64,000 nt of DNA. It comes from an uncultured Acidobacteriota bacterium. Lineage in GTDB: Bacteria; Acidobacteriota; Terriglobia; UBA7540. The notes under the pieces are model-generated. The model was given only the letters and a program-made list of their open reading frames with translations. It had not been told where the DNA came from and made no database searches. The first letter of the stretch is position 1. Each line of letters starts with the position of its first letter. The position numbers and the translations under genes were made by a program. Shown here one piece after another: positions 19,685-28,956 of this stretch. The stretch spans positions 672,001-736,000 of the forward strand of contig CAWDSK010000003.1 in NCBI GenBank assembly GCA_963804995.1, given 5' to 3'.

Positions 19685-19834
19685 TCACGAATAAGATCTG
19701 CGGCCGGTGAGCAGGTTGTACAGCAACACAATGACTGCCACCACGAGCAATAAGTGGATGAGGCCGCCGCCTACTTGAAAGCCAAATCCCAGCAGCCACA
19801 TGACGATAAGAATCATGAAAATGGTCCAAAGCAT
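19685..19834 (-). CDS. lmo0937-family (DUF5670) small membrane protein
   Basis: MLWTIFMILIVMWLLGFGFQVGGGLIHLLLVVAVIV; GGAGG RBS. Confidence 0.9.
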   Translation of the reverse strand: MLWTIFMILIVMWLLGFGFQVGGGLIHLLLVVAVIVLLYNLLTGRRSYS

Positions 19835-19897
19835 GTTGATCCTCCCCCCTAATCTCCGTCTCCAGGCAGATCCGGGATGGAAGCTAGAGGCACACTT

Positions 19898-19962
19898 GTT
19901 ATAGCGTGGGGTGATTCTCGTGTCAGCCCCGTACTGCTCACCTGGCTGGTCATAATAGCTCA
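19898..19962 (-). promoter_or_regulatory. Tandem Crp/Fnr-like boxes plus -10 (promoter D)
   Basis: Minus: TGAGCTATTATGACCA, TGAGCAGTACGGGGCT (22-bp offset), 21 bp, TATAAC. Confidence 0.7.
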
Positions 19963-20067
19963 CCCAAGTTTTTGGGAGGCCTGTAGGGGGGGCCGGACGA
20001 AACTACGAAGGGTTCGTCGGGTTTGGAGGGGTGGGGCTTCAGCCCCGCCGTTACAAGGCCTTCCTGA

Positions 20068-21312
20068 TTATCCCCGTTTTGGGCCACTTGCTGACAGGTT
20101 CAAGAACAAAGTCAGATATCGCTTCGCATTACTGGTAATCAGAAAATTTTCCCGGACATGCTCATGCCCGTTCTCGCCCAGCTTGCGGGCAATTTCGGGG
20201 TTGGAAAGCAGAAAGCGGATCTGGTAGGCGGTTCCCTCGACGGAGTGCGCCAGCAGCCCCGTATGCTTGTGAATGACCTGGGTCGGAATACCGCCGACCG
20301 CGGAAGCCACCACGGGCTTTTTTTTCCAAAGCGCCTCTGTGACGGTGAGGCCGAACCCCTCCCGCAAACTTTTCTGGATAACGATCGTCGACCCACGTTG
20401 CAGCGCGTTGATCTCCGGATTGCTCCAGGGGGGGAGGTTGAGAATGTGGATGTCTTGGTCTCCCCCCGCGACCTCCCGCACTTCCGCCAGCACAACTTCA
20501 CCTCCCGGGTCATCGCTTGCTCCGCCCCCGGCCAAAACCAACTGGCAATCGAAGTAGCGCTTCACAATCTGATAGGCCTTCACGACACCCACGGGGTCCT
20601 TCAAGCGGTCGAAACGCGAAATCTGGGTGAGAATTGGACGAGCGGGGTCGATTCCGAAACCCTCGATAGTGCTTCGCACCACTTCCGTTTCGATCTCGCG
20701 GTTTTTGTCAGAGAGGGGATCGATACAGGGATAGGAGAGATACTGCGGGATAGGCAACTGGCGCGCAAACTCCGGCGAGGAGAATATCGCACCATCGTAC
20801 CGATTAACCCAAGGCTTGAGAAATCCCCACACCAATGGGTTGGGGCGGGAAAGGTCGATATGACACCGCCAGACCCAGTGGCCGCCACGCTCCCGCCGGG
20901 AGTTGATGAGCGCCACAGGCTGGGGATCGTGAATCACGATGAACTCAGCTTCCAATTGCAGGCGGGCGCGGTTCTGTTCGTTGTAGGCGAGAAAAACATC
21001 AAAGCTCTCCGCCGGCAGGTCATAGGACCCTCCGTGCAAAGCGTTGTGGAACGCCTTTGTAATTTCAAAGAAATCGTTCCCGCCCGTGATCACTTCCCAG
21101 CGGATCGCCAGCCCCAATTCCTGAAGGATGGGCACCAGCCGGGTGAGGATTTCCGCCACGCCGCCGCCCACCGCCGTCGAGTTGACCATCTGCACTGTGC
21201 GGCCCTGAAGCGGCGCCGCCAGGGCACGCATCTCCGCCACCTCCGGCTCACCGAGAACCGGGACGTAATCTTCCAAGTGAATCCATCGCGGAATGGCCAT
21301 TCCTGGGCTCAC
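20068..21312 (-). CDS. treT: Trehalose synthase (glycosyl-transferring), GT4
   Basis: VNSTAVGGGVAEIL, HNALHG, IHDPQP, WRCHID, QISRFDRLKDP, REGFGLTVTEALWK. Confidence 0.9.
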   Translation of the reverse strand: MSPGMAIPRWIHLEDYVPVLGEPEVAEMRALAAPLQGRTVQMVNSTAVGGGVAEILTRLVPILQELGLAIRWEVITGGNDFFEITKAFHNALHGGSYDLPAESFDVFLAYNEQNRARLQLEAEFIVIHDPQPVALINSRRERGGHWVWRCHIDLSRPNPLVWGFLKPWVNRYDGAIFSSPEFARQLPIPQYLSYPCIDPLSDKNREIETEVVRSTIEGFGIDPARPILTQISRFDRLKDPVGVVKAYQIVKRYFDCQLVLAGGGASDDPGGEVVLAEVREVAGGDQDIHILNLPPWSNPEINALQRGSTIVIQKSLREGFGLTVTEALWKKKPVVASAVGGIPTQVIHKHTGLLAHSVEGTAYQIRFLLSNPEIARKLGENGHEHVRENFLITSNAKRYLTLFLNLSASGPKRG

Positions 21313-21965
21313 CGGCTCAGCTCCTTCTGGACCAAAGCCATGAGCCTGGCCTTGGCGCTCTCAAGAGTGTTGGTATAGATATCGATGCGGTCTATCTTTC
21401 GAGCGAGACTTCCTAGGCCCAACTCCTTCTCCAGCCAGTTGGAGAAGTCGTTGGTGCGCAAGTGCAGTCTTAAACGCGAGGCAATGAAGTGGAAATGAAA
21501 GGAGGCATGACTCAGCCTTCCAAGGCCGCATTGAAATTCCTCTAGTGTTCGGGCCTCGATCCCCAAGGGCACCGCCACTTCAATGGCCTCGCCAAAGTAG
21601 AAGGGTTCGAAGGCCGATTGTTCGGCCTCGCGCGAGTTCGCCTCACAATACTCTGAGACCAGCCGTTTAATATCCGCCCGCAGCTCCGCCAAAGAGACGT
21701 AATCGCGAATGTCGAGGGAGGCTAACTGCTCCGCCAGTTCAGGCCGATTACAAGAGGCCAGTACCCACTGAGCAAAATCATTGGAGAATCCCTCCGTAAG
21801 AAAGTGGTGGCGGCTGAGACTCTGAAAGGTGTGGTAGAAAACCGATGCGTCGCTGCAACTCTCCAGGCAAGCGCTCAGTTGAGCCAGCGTGGTCGCCTTC
21901 TGATTAAGGATCAGGGGCAGATATGATGCCGTCACGAATCGGAAGGGGTTCTCAGCTGTTTTCAT
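21309..21965 (-). CDS. DUF5752 family protein (TreT-associated OrfY-like)
   Basis: Duplicated motif SVFYH..NDFAQW / SFHFH..NDFSNW; overlaps treT. Confidence 0.85.
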   Translation of the reverse strand: MKTAENPFRFVTASYLPLILNQKATTLAQLSACLESCSDASVFYHTFQSLSRHHFLTEGFSNDFAQWVLASCNRPELAEQLASLDIRDYVSLAELRADIKRLVSEYCEANSREAEQSAFEPFYFGEAIEVAVPLGIEARTLEEFQCGLGRLSHASFHFHFIASRLRLHLRTNDFSNWLEKELGLGSLARKIDRIDIYTNTLESAKARLMALVQKELSR

Positions 21966-22854
21966 CGATTTCGCCCTCCAATCTTGCCAGGAACTGCTTT
22001 ACCTCGCCAGGGTTGCGAACGTAAAACCGAGCCTTCGTCCGCCCTCCTCCGCCGACCCGGATGGTCAGCCCGTTGGGAAGCGCCGTGAAAGCCATTTCAT
22101 CGGTCGTGTCATCACCCAGAAAAACCGGAAGCACAGGCCGGCGCGGATTTGAGATCAATGCGCGCACCGCGGGTCCCTTTCCCTCGATTACCTTGGGAAG
22201 CAACTCCCAAACCTTCTTGCCTTCCAGGAGGTGAATCTGGGGGCTGAAACGCTCGCAGACTTCGTGGATGACAGGGCGCGCCCGCCGCACGGCCGCGGCT
22301 GAGGCTTCGCGGTAATGGACGGCCAGCCCCAACCTCTTGTCTTCGATCCATATCCGCTTCGTCCTTGGAAGGTTCCCTTCCAGCGCTTGTTTGGCTTCCG
22401 CGAGCAATTTCCGCTCTCGAACCATTCTCCCGAGCCGGGGGCCCTCATACCCATGCAAACCCAAAAGGTGAACACCCGCAACCGGGACGAGGCGCCGGAG
22501 GTCCGCCAGCGTACGTCCGCTAATGACATAGACTCGGATCCGCCCATCCCGGGAAAGTCTGCCCAAGAGCCGCCGGAGCGGGAGGCTCAGAGGCTTTACG
22601 TCATGCGGCCGTCTGCGGAGCCGTGTCAGGGTGCCGTCGAAATCAAGAAAAAGCGCGACGAATTCTGCAGATCGGATCTCCTTCGCCACTTTCTTCCAGT
22701 GTTTGAAGAGGTGGGTCGATCCACCTTGGCGGCGCGTAACTCGTTTCCGCCTCCCAATCTCCGGCGCCACGCGGCGCGAACGGGCCGCTGGGTTCCTCGG
22801 TCGCTTCAAGAGTACTCCTGACCGCGTTTTCCTCGGATCGACATTAACCCCCAA
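21952..22854 (-). CDS. otsB: Trehalose-6-phosphate phosphatase (HAD)
   Basis: LFLDFDGTL, ISGR, HYR, GKG, FLGDDTTDE; start uncertain. Confidence 0.9.
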   Translation of the reverse strand: MGVNVDPRKTRSGVLLKRPRNPAARSRRVAPEIGRRKRVTRRQGGSTHLFKHWKKVAKEIRSAEFVALFLDFDGTLTRLRRRPHDVKPLSLPLRRLLGRLSRDGRIRVYVISGRTLADLRRLVPVAGVHLLGLHGYEGPRLGRMVRERKLLAEAKQALEGNLPRTKRIWIEDKRLGLAVHYREASAAAVRRARPVIHEVCERFSPQIHLLEGKKVWELLPKVIEGKGPAVRALISNPRRPVLPVFLGDDTTDEMAFTALPNGLTIRVGGGGRTKARFYVRNPGEVKQFLARLEGEIDENS

Positions 22855-22869
22855 ACGCTGCGGGCCGCC

Positions 22870-25137
22870 TTACGAGCGAGTCCTCGCCGGCTCTGGGCGG
22901 TCGGGGCGGATTTGCGACAACTCTTCGATCAGGCTGCCGGCCCAGCGATAAATGTTATGGTCTTTCACCACCTGCCGCATGCGACACATCCTCGCCCCTT
23001 TTTCGTCCGGATCCATCTCCAAGGCATAACGTATTGCCTCCGCCAGTTGCTCGGTATCGTAGGGATTCACCACCAAGGCGTCACGTAATTCCCGGCTAGC
23101 GCCCGTGAAGCGGCTCAGTATCAAAACGCCTCCTTCATCATCCCGGGCGGCTACAAACTCTTTCGCCACCAGATTCATGCCGTCGTGCAGCGAGGTCACC
23201 AGGCAAAGATCGGCCGCCTTGTAGTAGTGTCCAATCTCTTCGTGGGTATGATGCCGTTTCAAGTAGACGATGGGTTTCCACGTACTCGTCTGAAACCGCC
23301 AGTTGATGCGATCCGCTTCGGATTCGACCTCCCCCAATAAGTCATGGTAGCGCTTGATGTGAGTGCGGCTGGGGGCGCCTATCTGCACGAAGGTGAACTG
23401 GCCTTGGTACGCGGGGTACTTTTCGAGGAACCGCTCGATACCCCGAAAGCGCTCCAGGATCCCTTTCGTGTAGTCCACCCGCTCCACCCCCACACCCATG
23501 AAGGTCGCCTGCACGCCCAGATCCTTGAACAGAGCCGCTCGTTCGAGGTAGAGCGACCGTGGTGAGTCGCCTGCTTCCGCCACCCCCTCCGGGACGGCAA
23601 CGCTGATGGGAAACGGCCTGACCAGGGTAAGCTGGCCTCCGCGACTGACGGCGAATCGTTCCCATTCAATTCGGCACTCCAGGACGCGGTCGACGGTCTC
23701 GAGAAAATTATCGCAGTGCGATTGAATGTGGAACCCGACCAGGTCCGCACCCAGCAGGCCATCGAGCAGTTCCCTCTGCCAGGGGCAAATCCCGAAGGCC
23801 TCCGGGTTCGGCCACGGAATGTGCCAGAAGATGGCGACGCGAGCGTCCGGCCGTTTTTCCTTCACGAGGCGCGGCAAAAGAGCGAAGTGGTAATCCTGGA
23901 TCAGGACCGCAGGCTGCTCAATGTCTTTCATTTCCTCGACCACTGCTTGGGCAAACTTCGCATTGGCCTCTTGATAGAAACCCCAGTCGGAAGCCCGAAA
24001 AGTCGGCCGCGTGTGAGCGATGTGGCAGAGCGGCCAAAGTCCTTCATTGGCGAATCCAAAGTAATAGCCTTCCTCTTGTTCCTTGGTGAGCCAAACCCTT
24101 CTCAGGGTGTATTGCGGTTCATCCGGAGGGACCCTCAAGCGGTCCCTCGCATCCACCCTCTCGCGGTCGGCGTCCCCCGACCCATGTGCCACCCACGTCC
24201 CCTCGCAAGCCCGCAGGATGGGCTCAAGTGCCGTCACCAGGCCGCTGGCGGGAACCACAGCTTCCACCGACTTCCCGTGGCGGATGTGCATATAGGGTTC
24301 CCGGTTTGAGACCACGAAAAGCGGTTTTTCCCGGAGGCGGCCGCGGACGTGAATCCGGAGCCGTTCCGGAGTCCAGACCGATTCAGCGGCTTCGCGCAGC
24401 CGAGCCTCTTCTTCGGCCGCGGCTCTTGCGGTTTCCAGGCTCTTCACAAAATGGGTTACTTCCTGAGTAAGCGGTTGGAATAGATCGGCCCCGGGAAGAT
24501 CGCGGGGTTCGACGGTCCGGCCAGCGCGGAGCTGCCGCATCCATTCCGCCGTCCTGGCGATCGGCCTGGTGATTGTCCAACGGATGATGAGCAGGGTTGC
24601 CAACACAATGAAAAGAGTTTGGACGAGGACTCGCCGGAACGAGTCGCGCCAAAGCCGGGTGCCTTGGGCGTCAATAAAGCTGGCGTCGTGAAAAATCGCC
24701 AACGAGCCAACGACCTTGTCGTCCAAGATCAAAGGAACAGAGTAAACATGCAGGCGTGCCGGACCTACCCCGAGGTATTCCCCGTGGGGCTGATTCTCGG
24801 TCACCGCCCGCGCGGCCACATCCGGGCGATTCCGGAGGCGTTCGCCCAACCCCGTGGTCATGGCCAGGGGGTGGCCGTCCGCGTCATAGACGGCGACGCC
24901 CGCCAGCCGCTGGCGGTTACCGAACCGGTCCACAAGATTCTGAAGATCTTTATGGTTGCGCTTCTGTAGGAGAGGCTCAACCCCCTGGCCAAGGCTTTCG
25001 GCTAGCAGTTCCGCGCGCTGCTCCAGTTCCTTCCGCGTGTTGCGCTTCTCCCCCTTCACCTGGAAATAGGCGAAGAGCAAAGTCACCAGAGCAGTGCCAA
25101 TAATCAGCGAGATCATCAAACGGGCAGTGATCTTCAT
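22870..25137 (-). CDS. otsA: Trehalose-6-phosphate synthase (GT20) with N-terminal TM-periplasmic-TM(-HAMP-like) module
   Basis: [45 protein letters not shown]; two TM helices in the first ~210 aa. Confidence 0.9.
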   Translation of the reverse strand: MKITARLMISLIIGTALVTLLFAYFQVKGEKRNTRKELEQRAELLAESLGQGVEPLLQKRNHKDLQNLVDRFGNRQRLAGVAVYDADGHPLAMTTGLGERLRNRPDVAARAVTENQPHGEYLGVGPARLHVYSVPLILDDKVVGSLAIFHDASFIDAQGTRLWRDSFRRVLVQTLFIVLATLLIIRWTITRPIARTAEWMRQLRAGRTVEPRDLPGADLFQPLTQEVTHFVKSLETARAAAEEEARLREAAESVWTPERLRIHVRGRLREKPLFVVSNREPYMHIRHGKSVEAVVPASGLVTALEPILRACEGTWVAHGSGDADRERVDARDRLRVPPDEPQYTLRRVWLTKEQEEGYYFGFANEGLWPLCHIAHTRPTFRASDWGFYQEANAKFAQAVVEEMKDIEQPAVLIQDYHFALLPRLVKEKRPDARVAIFWHIPWPNPEAFGICPWQRELLDGLLGADLVGFHIQSHCDNFLETVDRVLECRIEWERFAVSRGGQLTLVRPFPISVAVPEGVAEAGDSPRSLYLERAALFKDLGVQATFMGVGVERVDYTKGILERFRGIERFLEKYPAYQGQFTFVQIGAPSRTHIKRYHDLLGEVESEADRINWRFQTSTWKPIVYLKRHHTHEEIGHYYKAADLCLVTSLHDGMNLVAKEFVAARDDEGGVLILSRFTGASRELRDALVVNPYDTEQLAEAIRYALEMDPDEKGARMCRMRQVVKDHNIYRWAGSLIEELSQIRPDRPEPARTRS

Positions 25138-25217
25138 ATTTCCGTCCTGCGAGCACCGGCTCAGCCACCTGCCACCCGAGGCAGGCAAGCGATCCTGCAA
25201 GAACAGTTTCCGCCGCG

Positions 25218-25934
25218 CTACAGATGGTGCAGGGTGTCTTCCGCTTCCGGGCGCGGTTTGGGGTGGAACTGAGACTGCAACAGCTCCCGGGCAAGATCCC
25301 GGGCGCCCAAGCCGAAGGCAATGGCCATCGCCGTCACTAAACCGCCAAAGGTAATTGCAAAGGTTACAATAATGGTGGTGCGGCTGATCTCCAGTTCGTC
25401 CAGCGCGGCCACGACGGTCAACGCCATAACAAAGAAGCGGGTGATACCAGAGAGGAATCGCGCTGAGGGAAGATTGGCATTAACCGCAGCTATCAGCACG
25501 CTCCGGCCCAGAAAGCCACTGATCAGCACCCCGGCGATCAGGACCAGCAAGGCGGCCAGCAGATGGGGCAGATAAAGGAACACTCGTTCCGCCAGGTTCG
25601 TCGTCAGCGGCGTCCCCAGGGCGTTCAGTCCTGCCAGCATCGCCGTCAGCACAATCAGTCCTTGTATGATTTGGCCGGCCAGGTAGGAGCTTGACGGCGC
25701 CAGCCCCGTTCGTTGGACGATCAATCCCACGCCCAATCGGTCACACAGCCGATCGAAGCGCAGGACGCGGAGGATTCGGTAAACGATCTCCTTGGCGAGC
25801 CACCCCAGCAGCAATCCCAGCAGCAGGAGAACCAGCATCCCCACCAGGCTTGAAAGACTCGCCACCGCTTGCTGGCCCAGGTCCCGCAACGGCCCCCAAA
25901 CCGCTTGTTCCAAGAATCCTTTCATGGTTGTCAC
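25218..25934 (-). CDS. Mechanosensitive-channel TM-helix repeat protein (CmpX-like)
   Basis: Repeated TM_helix units; C-terminal AIAFGLGARDLA. Confidence 0.75.
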   Translation of the reverse strand: MTTMKGFLEQAVWGPLRDLGQQAVASLSSLVGMLVLLLLGLLLGWLAKEIVYRILRVLRFDRLCDRLGVGLIVQRTGLAPSSSYLAGQIIQGLIVLTAMLAGLNALGTPLTTNLAERVFLYLPHLLAALLVLIAGVLISGFLGRSVLIAAVNANLPSARFLSGITRFFVMALTVVAALDELEISRTTIIVTFAITFGGLVTAMAIAFGLGARDLARELLQSQFHPKPRPEAEDTLHHL

Positions 25935-27211
25935 CTCTTTTCACGAGCCCCCAGGGGCCATTGATTGATCAAATAGGGCTTCAACTGCTCGTAAATCAAG
26001 CAAAGTCTCTCAATGCAATCATTCGATTGGGCCACCGACTCGTTTTCCGTCTTTCCCGCAAAGGATGCCACCCATCCCAGGTAGAGCGGCGCCAGGGATT
26101 TCAGCAGGTGTTCGCGGTCGATCTCCCAGCGGTGGTAAGCAAGAGCGGCCTCGTAGATGAGTCCCACCCAAAGCTCCTCCCGCAGCGCGAACTTCTCGAC
26201 CGGGAGCGACGCACACGCATCAAGTTCTTTCAACTGCTGCGCAGTATAGAGCGTTTCATAAATGGGCCGCAGATCCCTGACCCCTTGCGTGAACGAGGCC
26301 ATTAGCTGCGGCCGAGGGATCGGCACCGCTTCCACCTCTGCCTTGAAAGGAGAGCCCAACAGAGGGGCGGGCAAGGAGCCCAGCACGTTCCGCCATACGG
26401 ATTCATAGGTCTCCATCAGGCTGAAGACGGATCCCACCACCTGAACCAGAACCGCGCCTAAGTCCGGCCCGGAATCTTTGGAATCGTGGATCCTGGCTCC
26501 CAGGTAGGACTGACAGACCCGGAAGTTCCCGGCCACAGCCGCGGTGGTCATCCAGATGTCGATACTGTAGCGAGCAACGTCCGTGTTCCACACGTCGCGC
26601 GCAAGAAAGTGGCGCACCAGGCGCCCGGAAATTCCGAACTCCCCGCCAATGGGTTGCCGGATGCGGCAGCCATACAGAGCCCGAGTCAGCGGGTAGACAA
26701 TGCTGCTGGTGATGGTTCCGTCATATTTGTGGCGGTTATAATAAGGGGCCACGTAATCGAAATCCTGCGCCAGAATGGGTTCGAGGAGCAGGTTGATCCA
26801 TTCCGGGTTAATGCTCTGGAGGTCCGCATCCACAATCACCAAGGCTTGGGCCTCGGCGAGCTCCGCAACTCGGAAGAGCGTCCGGAAGGCGTTCCCTTTG
26901 CCGGGCACGCCGTGATACGGAGTCGTGAGGTGATGCACGGGGTAGAGAGGATGCTGGATTATCAGCAGCGGTTGTGAATCGGTTTTCGCCCTTTGCGCAA
27001 TCTCCGGGGTGCCGTCCTTCGAGCCGCCATCGGAATTGACGATTAGAGCCTTATGGCCTGCCAGGTACTTGAGTAACCCGGCCTGTGCAGTCTTGACCAC
27101 GTGACCGATGGTGAGGGCGCTGTTGTAACTGGGAATTCCCACGACGATGTCAAACGGCCCCAGCTCGCCGAGCGTCTCCATCGCCTGATCTTTCAGGAGT
27201 TCTTCCGTCAA
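25931..27211 (-). CDS. GT2/GT-A glycosyltransferase, mannosyl/glucosyl-glycerate synthase-like
   Basis: VGIPSYN, NSDGGSKDGT, GKG, VDADL, RHKYDGTIT, IRQPIGGEF, IDIWMT. Confidence 0.85.
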   Translation of the reverse strand: MTEELLKDQAMETLGELGPFDIVVGIPSYNSALTIGHVVKTAQAGLLKYLAGHKALIVNSDGGSKDGTPEIAQRAKTDSQPLLIIQHPLYPVHHLTTPYHGVPGKGNAFRTLFRVAELAEAQALVIVDADLQSINPEWINLLLEPILAQDFDYVAPYYNRHKYDGTITSSIVYPLTRALYGCRIRQPIGGEFGISGRLVRHFLARDVWNTDVARYSIDIWMTTAAVAGNFRVCQSYLGARIHDSKDSGPDLGAVLVQVVGSVFSLMETYESVWRNVLGSLPAPLLGSPFKAEVEAVPIPRPQLMASFTQGVRDLRPIYETLYTAQQLKELDACASLPVEKFALREELWVGLIYEAALAYHRWEIDREHLLKSLAPLYLGWVASFAGKTENESVAQSNDCIERLCLIYEQLKPYLINQWPLGAREKR

Positions 27212-27269
27212 CGTGACCTTCTTCCAGCATTGTCTCTTCTTGCCTATTAGAGCCGATTATGAGGGTGCG

Positions 27270-27285
27270 GCATGACACGTGCCAA
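27270..27285 (-). promoter_or_regulatory. Putative sigma54 -24/-12 promoter of trehalose operon
   Basis: Minus TTGGCACGTGTCATGC with exact GG-N10-GC spacing, ~60 bp before the start. Confidence 0.55.
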
Positions 27286-27557
27286 ACACCCCCACTTTGG
27301 CTATCTGCCTGCTCCTGCGGCAAATCCGGCCGGTCCCCACAGGATGCAGGAAGTAAATTTGGGAAGGTTGCGTGGCAATTTTACCCTCGAATTCGCGGCG
27401 CGCCCAACCCCCGGTCATACCAACCGAAGACACTCTGGTTTTCAAACCGTGGCACGAATCGGGATTCCCATTCTGGGTCCCCGAGTCGCCGACGGTACAC
27501 CCCGGGTTTCCATTCATGAACCTTGACGCCAAGATCAAAACATCCCGGGCGGCGGGC

Positions 27558-27577
27558 TGTCTGTTCAAAAGTGCTCA
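27558..27577 (-). promoter_or_regulatory. Crp/Fnr-like box upstream of trehalose operon (site H)
   Basis: Minus TGAGCACTTTTGAACAGACA; no convincing -10 at 21 bp. Confidence 0.55.
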
Positions 27578-27636
27578 GCGGCAATCGGATTCGCCGCCGC
27601 TCGCCGCGAAAGCCGTATCCTGGCTGCCGGACTTAG

Positions 27637-27780
27637 GGATGCCTGGCCGGCCAGACGGTACGCATCTCCACGGCTGTCACGGTGACCAATTGCACGCTTT
27701 AGAGGATCGAGAAGTCGCTGATGGTGCGTCTGCTCCACGAGCAGCACGGCGTCTCGGAATTGTTCGTCACGCACCTCCTA
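27637..27780 (+). pseudogene. Internal remnant of a Crp/Fnr family regulator
   Basis: GCLAGQTVRISTAVTVTNCTL*RIEKSLMVRLLHEQHGVSELFVTHLL resembles the end of a cNMP-binding domain; in-frame stop. Confidence 0.7.
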
Positions 27781-27826
27781 CCATCCAAACTGTCACGACC
27801 AACCGCATACCCCACCCCCACTGCGC

Positions 27827-27891
27827 TGAGCAATCTTGACCTACGGCGTGAGCCGTACGGAACTGACACGCCTACCGAGAGACGGTATAAG
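27827..27891 (+). promoter_or_regulatory. Tandem Crp/Fnr-like boxes plus -10 (promoter E)
   Basis: TGAGCAATCTTGACCT (27827), TGAGCCGTACGGAACT (27849), 21 bp, TATAAG (27886). Confidence 0.7.
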
Positions 27892-27949
27892 CAGTGTGCC
27901 TCGAGTATCCGGTGAGAGGCAGAGGCAACAAGAGTGGGAGGCAATACCT

Positions 27950-28651
27950 ATGAAATACAATCGAGTTATCAGCACAGTAGTTCTGTTTTTACTCCTCGGA
28001 AGCACCCTTCCCGCCTTCGCGGAAAAAGGCGAGAAGGAAAAGGGTGGAGGCGGAGGTCAGGCGCCACAGGCACAGCACCAGGCGCAACCTCAGCGTGCCC
28101 AGCAGCAGCCGCAACGTGCCCAACAGCAACCACAACGCGCGCAACAGCAGCCGCAGCGCACTCAACAGGTGCAACGTCAGCAGCAGCCGCAGCGCACCCA
28201 ACAGGTGCAACGCCAGCAGCAACCGCAGCGCACCCAACAGGTGCAACGCCAGCAGCAACCGCAGCGCACCCAACAGGTGCAACGCCAGCAACAGCCGCAA
28301 CGCACGCAACAGGTGCAGGCCCAGCAATCACAGCGCGGGCAGTCCGGAAGGCAGCAATCACAGACCATGGCTACCAACCGTGGCGGTGGCGGCGGGGGCC
28401 AATACGGGCGTATTTCCAATGCCAATTACGGCGCCCACTTCGGGCATGACCACTCGTTCCACATGGGGCGTCCCCAGATGATCGGCGGGTATAACCGCTT
28501 CCAGTACGGCGGCTATTGGTTCGGGTTCAATGCCGGATGGCCCATCGGCTGGGACTACGACGACGACGTTTATGTCGAATACATCGATGGCGCCTACTAC
28601 ATGTTCGACCTGAGGCATCCGGGTATTCAGATTGCACTCAACATCTTTTAA
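27950..28651 (+). CDS. Secreted protein with Gln-rich tandem repeats and aromatic C-terminal domain
   Basis: GGAGG RBS, signal peptide (..PAFA), QQQPQRA x3 then 12-aa QQQPQRTQQVQR x~5. Confidence 0.85.
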   Translation: MKYNRVISTVVLFLLLGSTLPAFAEKGEKEKGGGGGQAPQAQHQAQPQRAQQQPQRAQQQPQRAQQQPQRTQQVQRQQQPQRTQQVQRQQQPQRTQQVQRQQQPQRTQQVQRQQQPQRTQQVQAQQSQRGQSGRQQSQTMATNRGGGGGGQYGRISNANYGAHFGHDHSFHMGRPQMIGGYNRFQYGGYWFGFNAGWPIGWDYDDDVYVEYIDGAYYMFDLRHPGIQIALNIF

Positions 28652-28878
28652 CGATCTATCCAGCACACCTTCGGGGAGGGATTCAACCGGCGCGGGCTGG
28701 GTGATTCGCCCCGGGGGCGAAGTTGGAGGAGGCCTTTGGCGTAAGTGGCACTTCAGCGGCTCATCATGCTGAGAGCTGTCATCGTGAATGGCCATGTTCA
28801 TCCAAAGCGCCGGGGGCAAATAATTCGATAATTACCGGGCTTCCAGCCTGTATTTCCCCCCCCGCCATTAATAAATCT

Positions 28879-28942
28879 TGGACAGTTTGAGACAAAGTGT
28901 GAGCAAAACAGAACAGATGCAGGAATCACCCCAGGGTACAAT
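28879..28942 (+). promoter_or_regulatory. Crp/Fnr-like box plus -10 (promoter F)
   Basis: TGAGCAAAACAGAACA (28900-28915), 21 bp, TACAAT (28937); degenerate distal box near 28879. Confidence 0.65.
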
Positions 28943-28956
28943 AAATTAAGATAACT

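Noticed and set aside
27522..27538. FNR box TTGAC...ATCAA
   Set aside because: Spacer is 6 bp rather than the 4 bp of TTGAT-N4-ATCAA
27969..28481. Cys-rich, Leu-rich and Ala-rich repeat ORFs
   Set aside because: Alternative frames of the Gln-repeat gene; only the 27950 frame has an RBS and signal peptide
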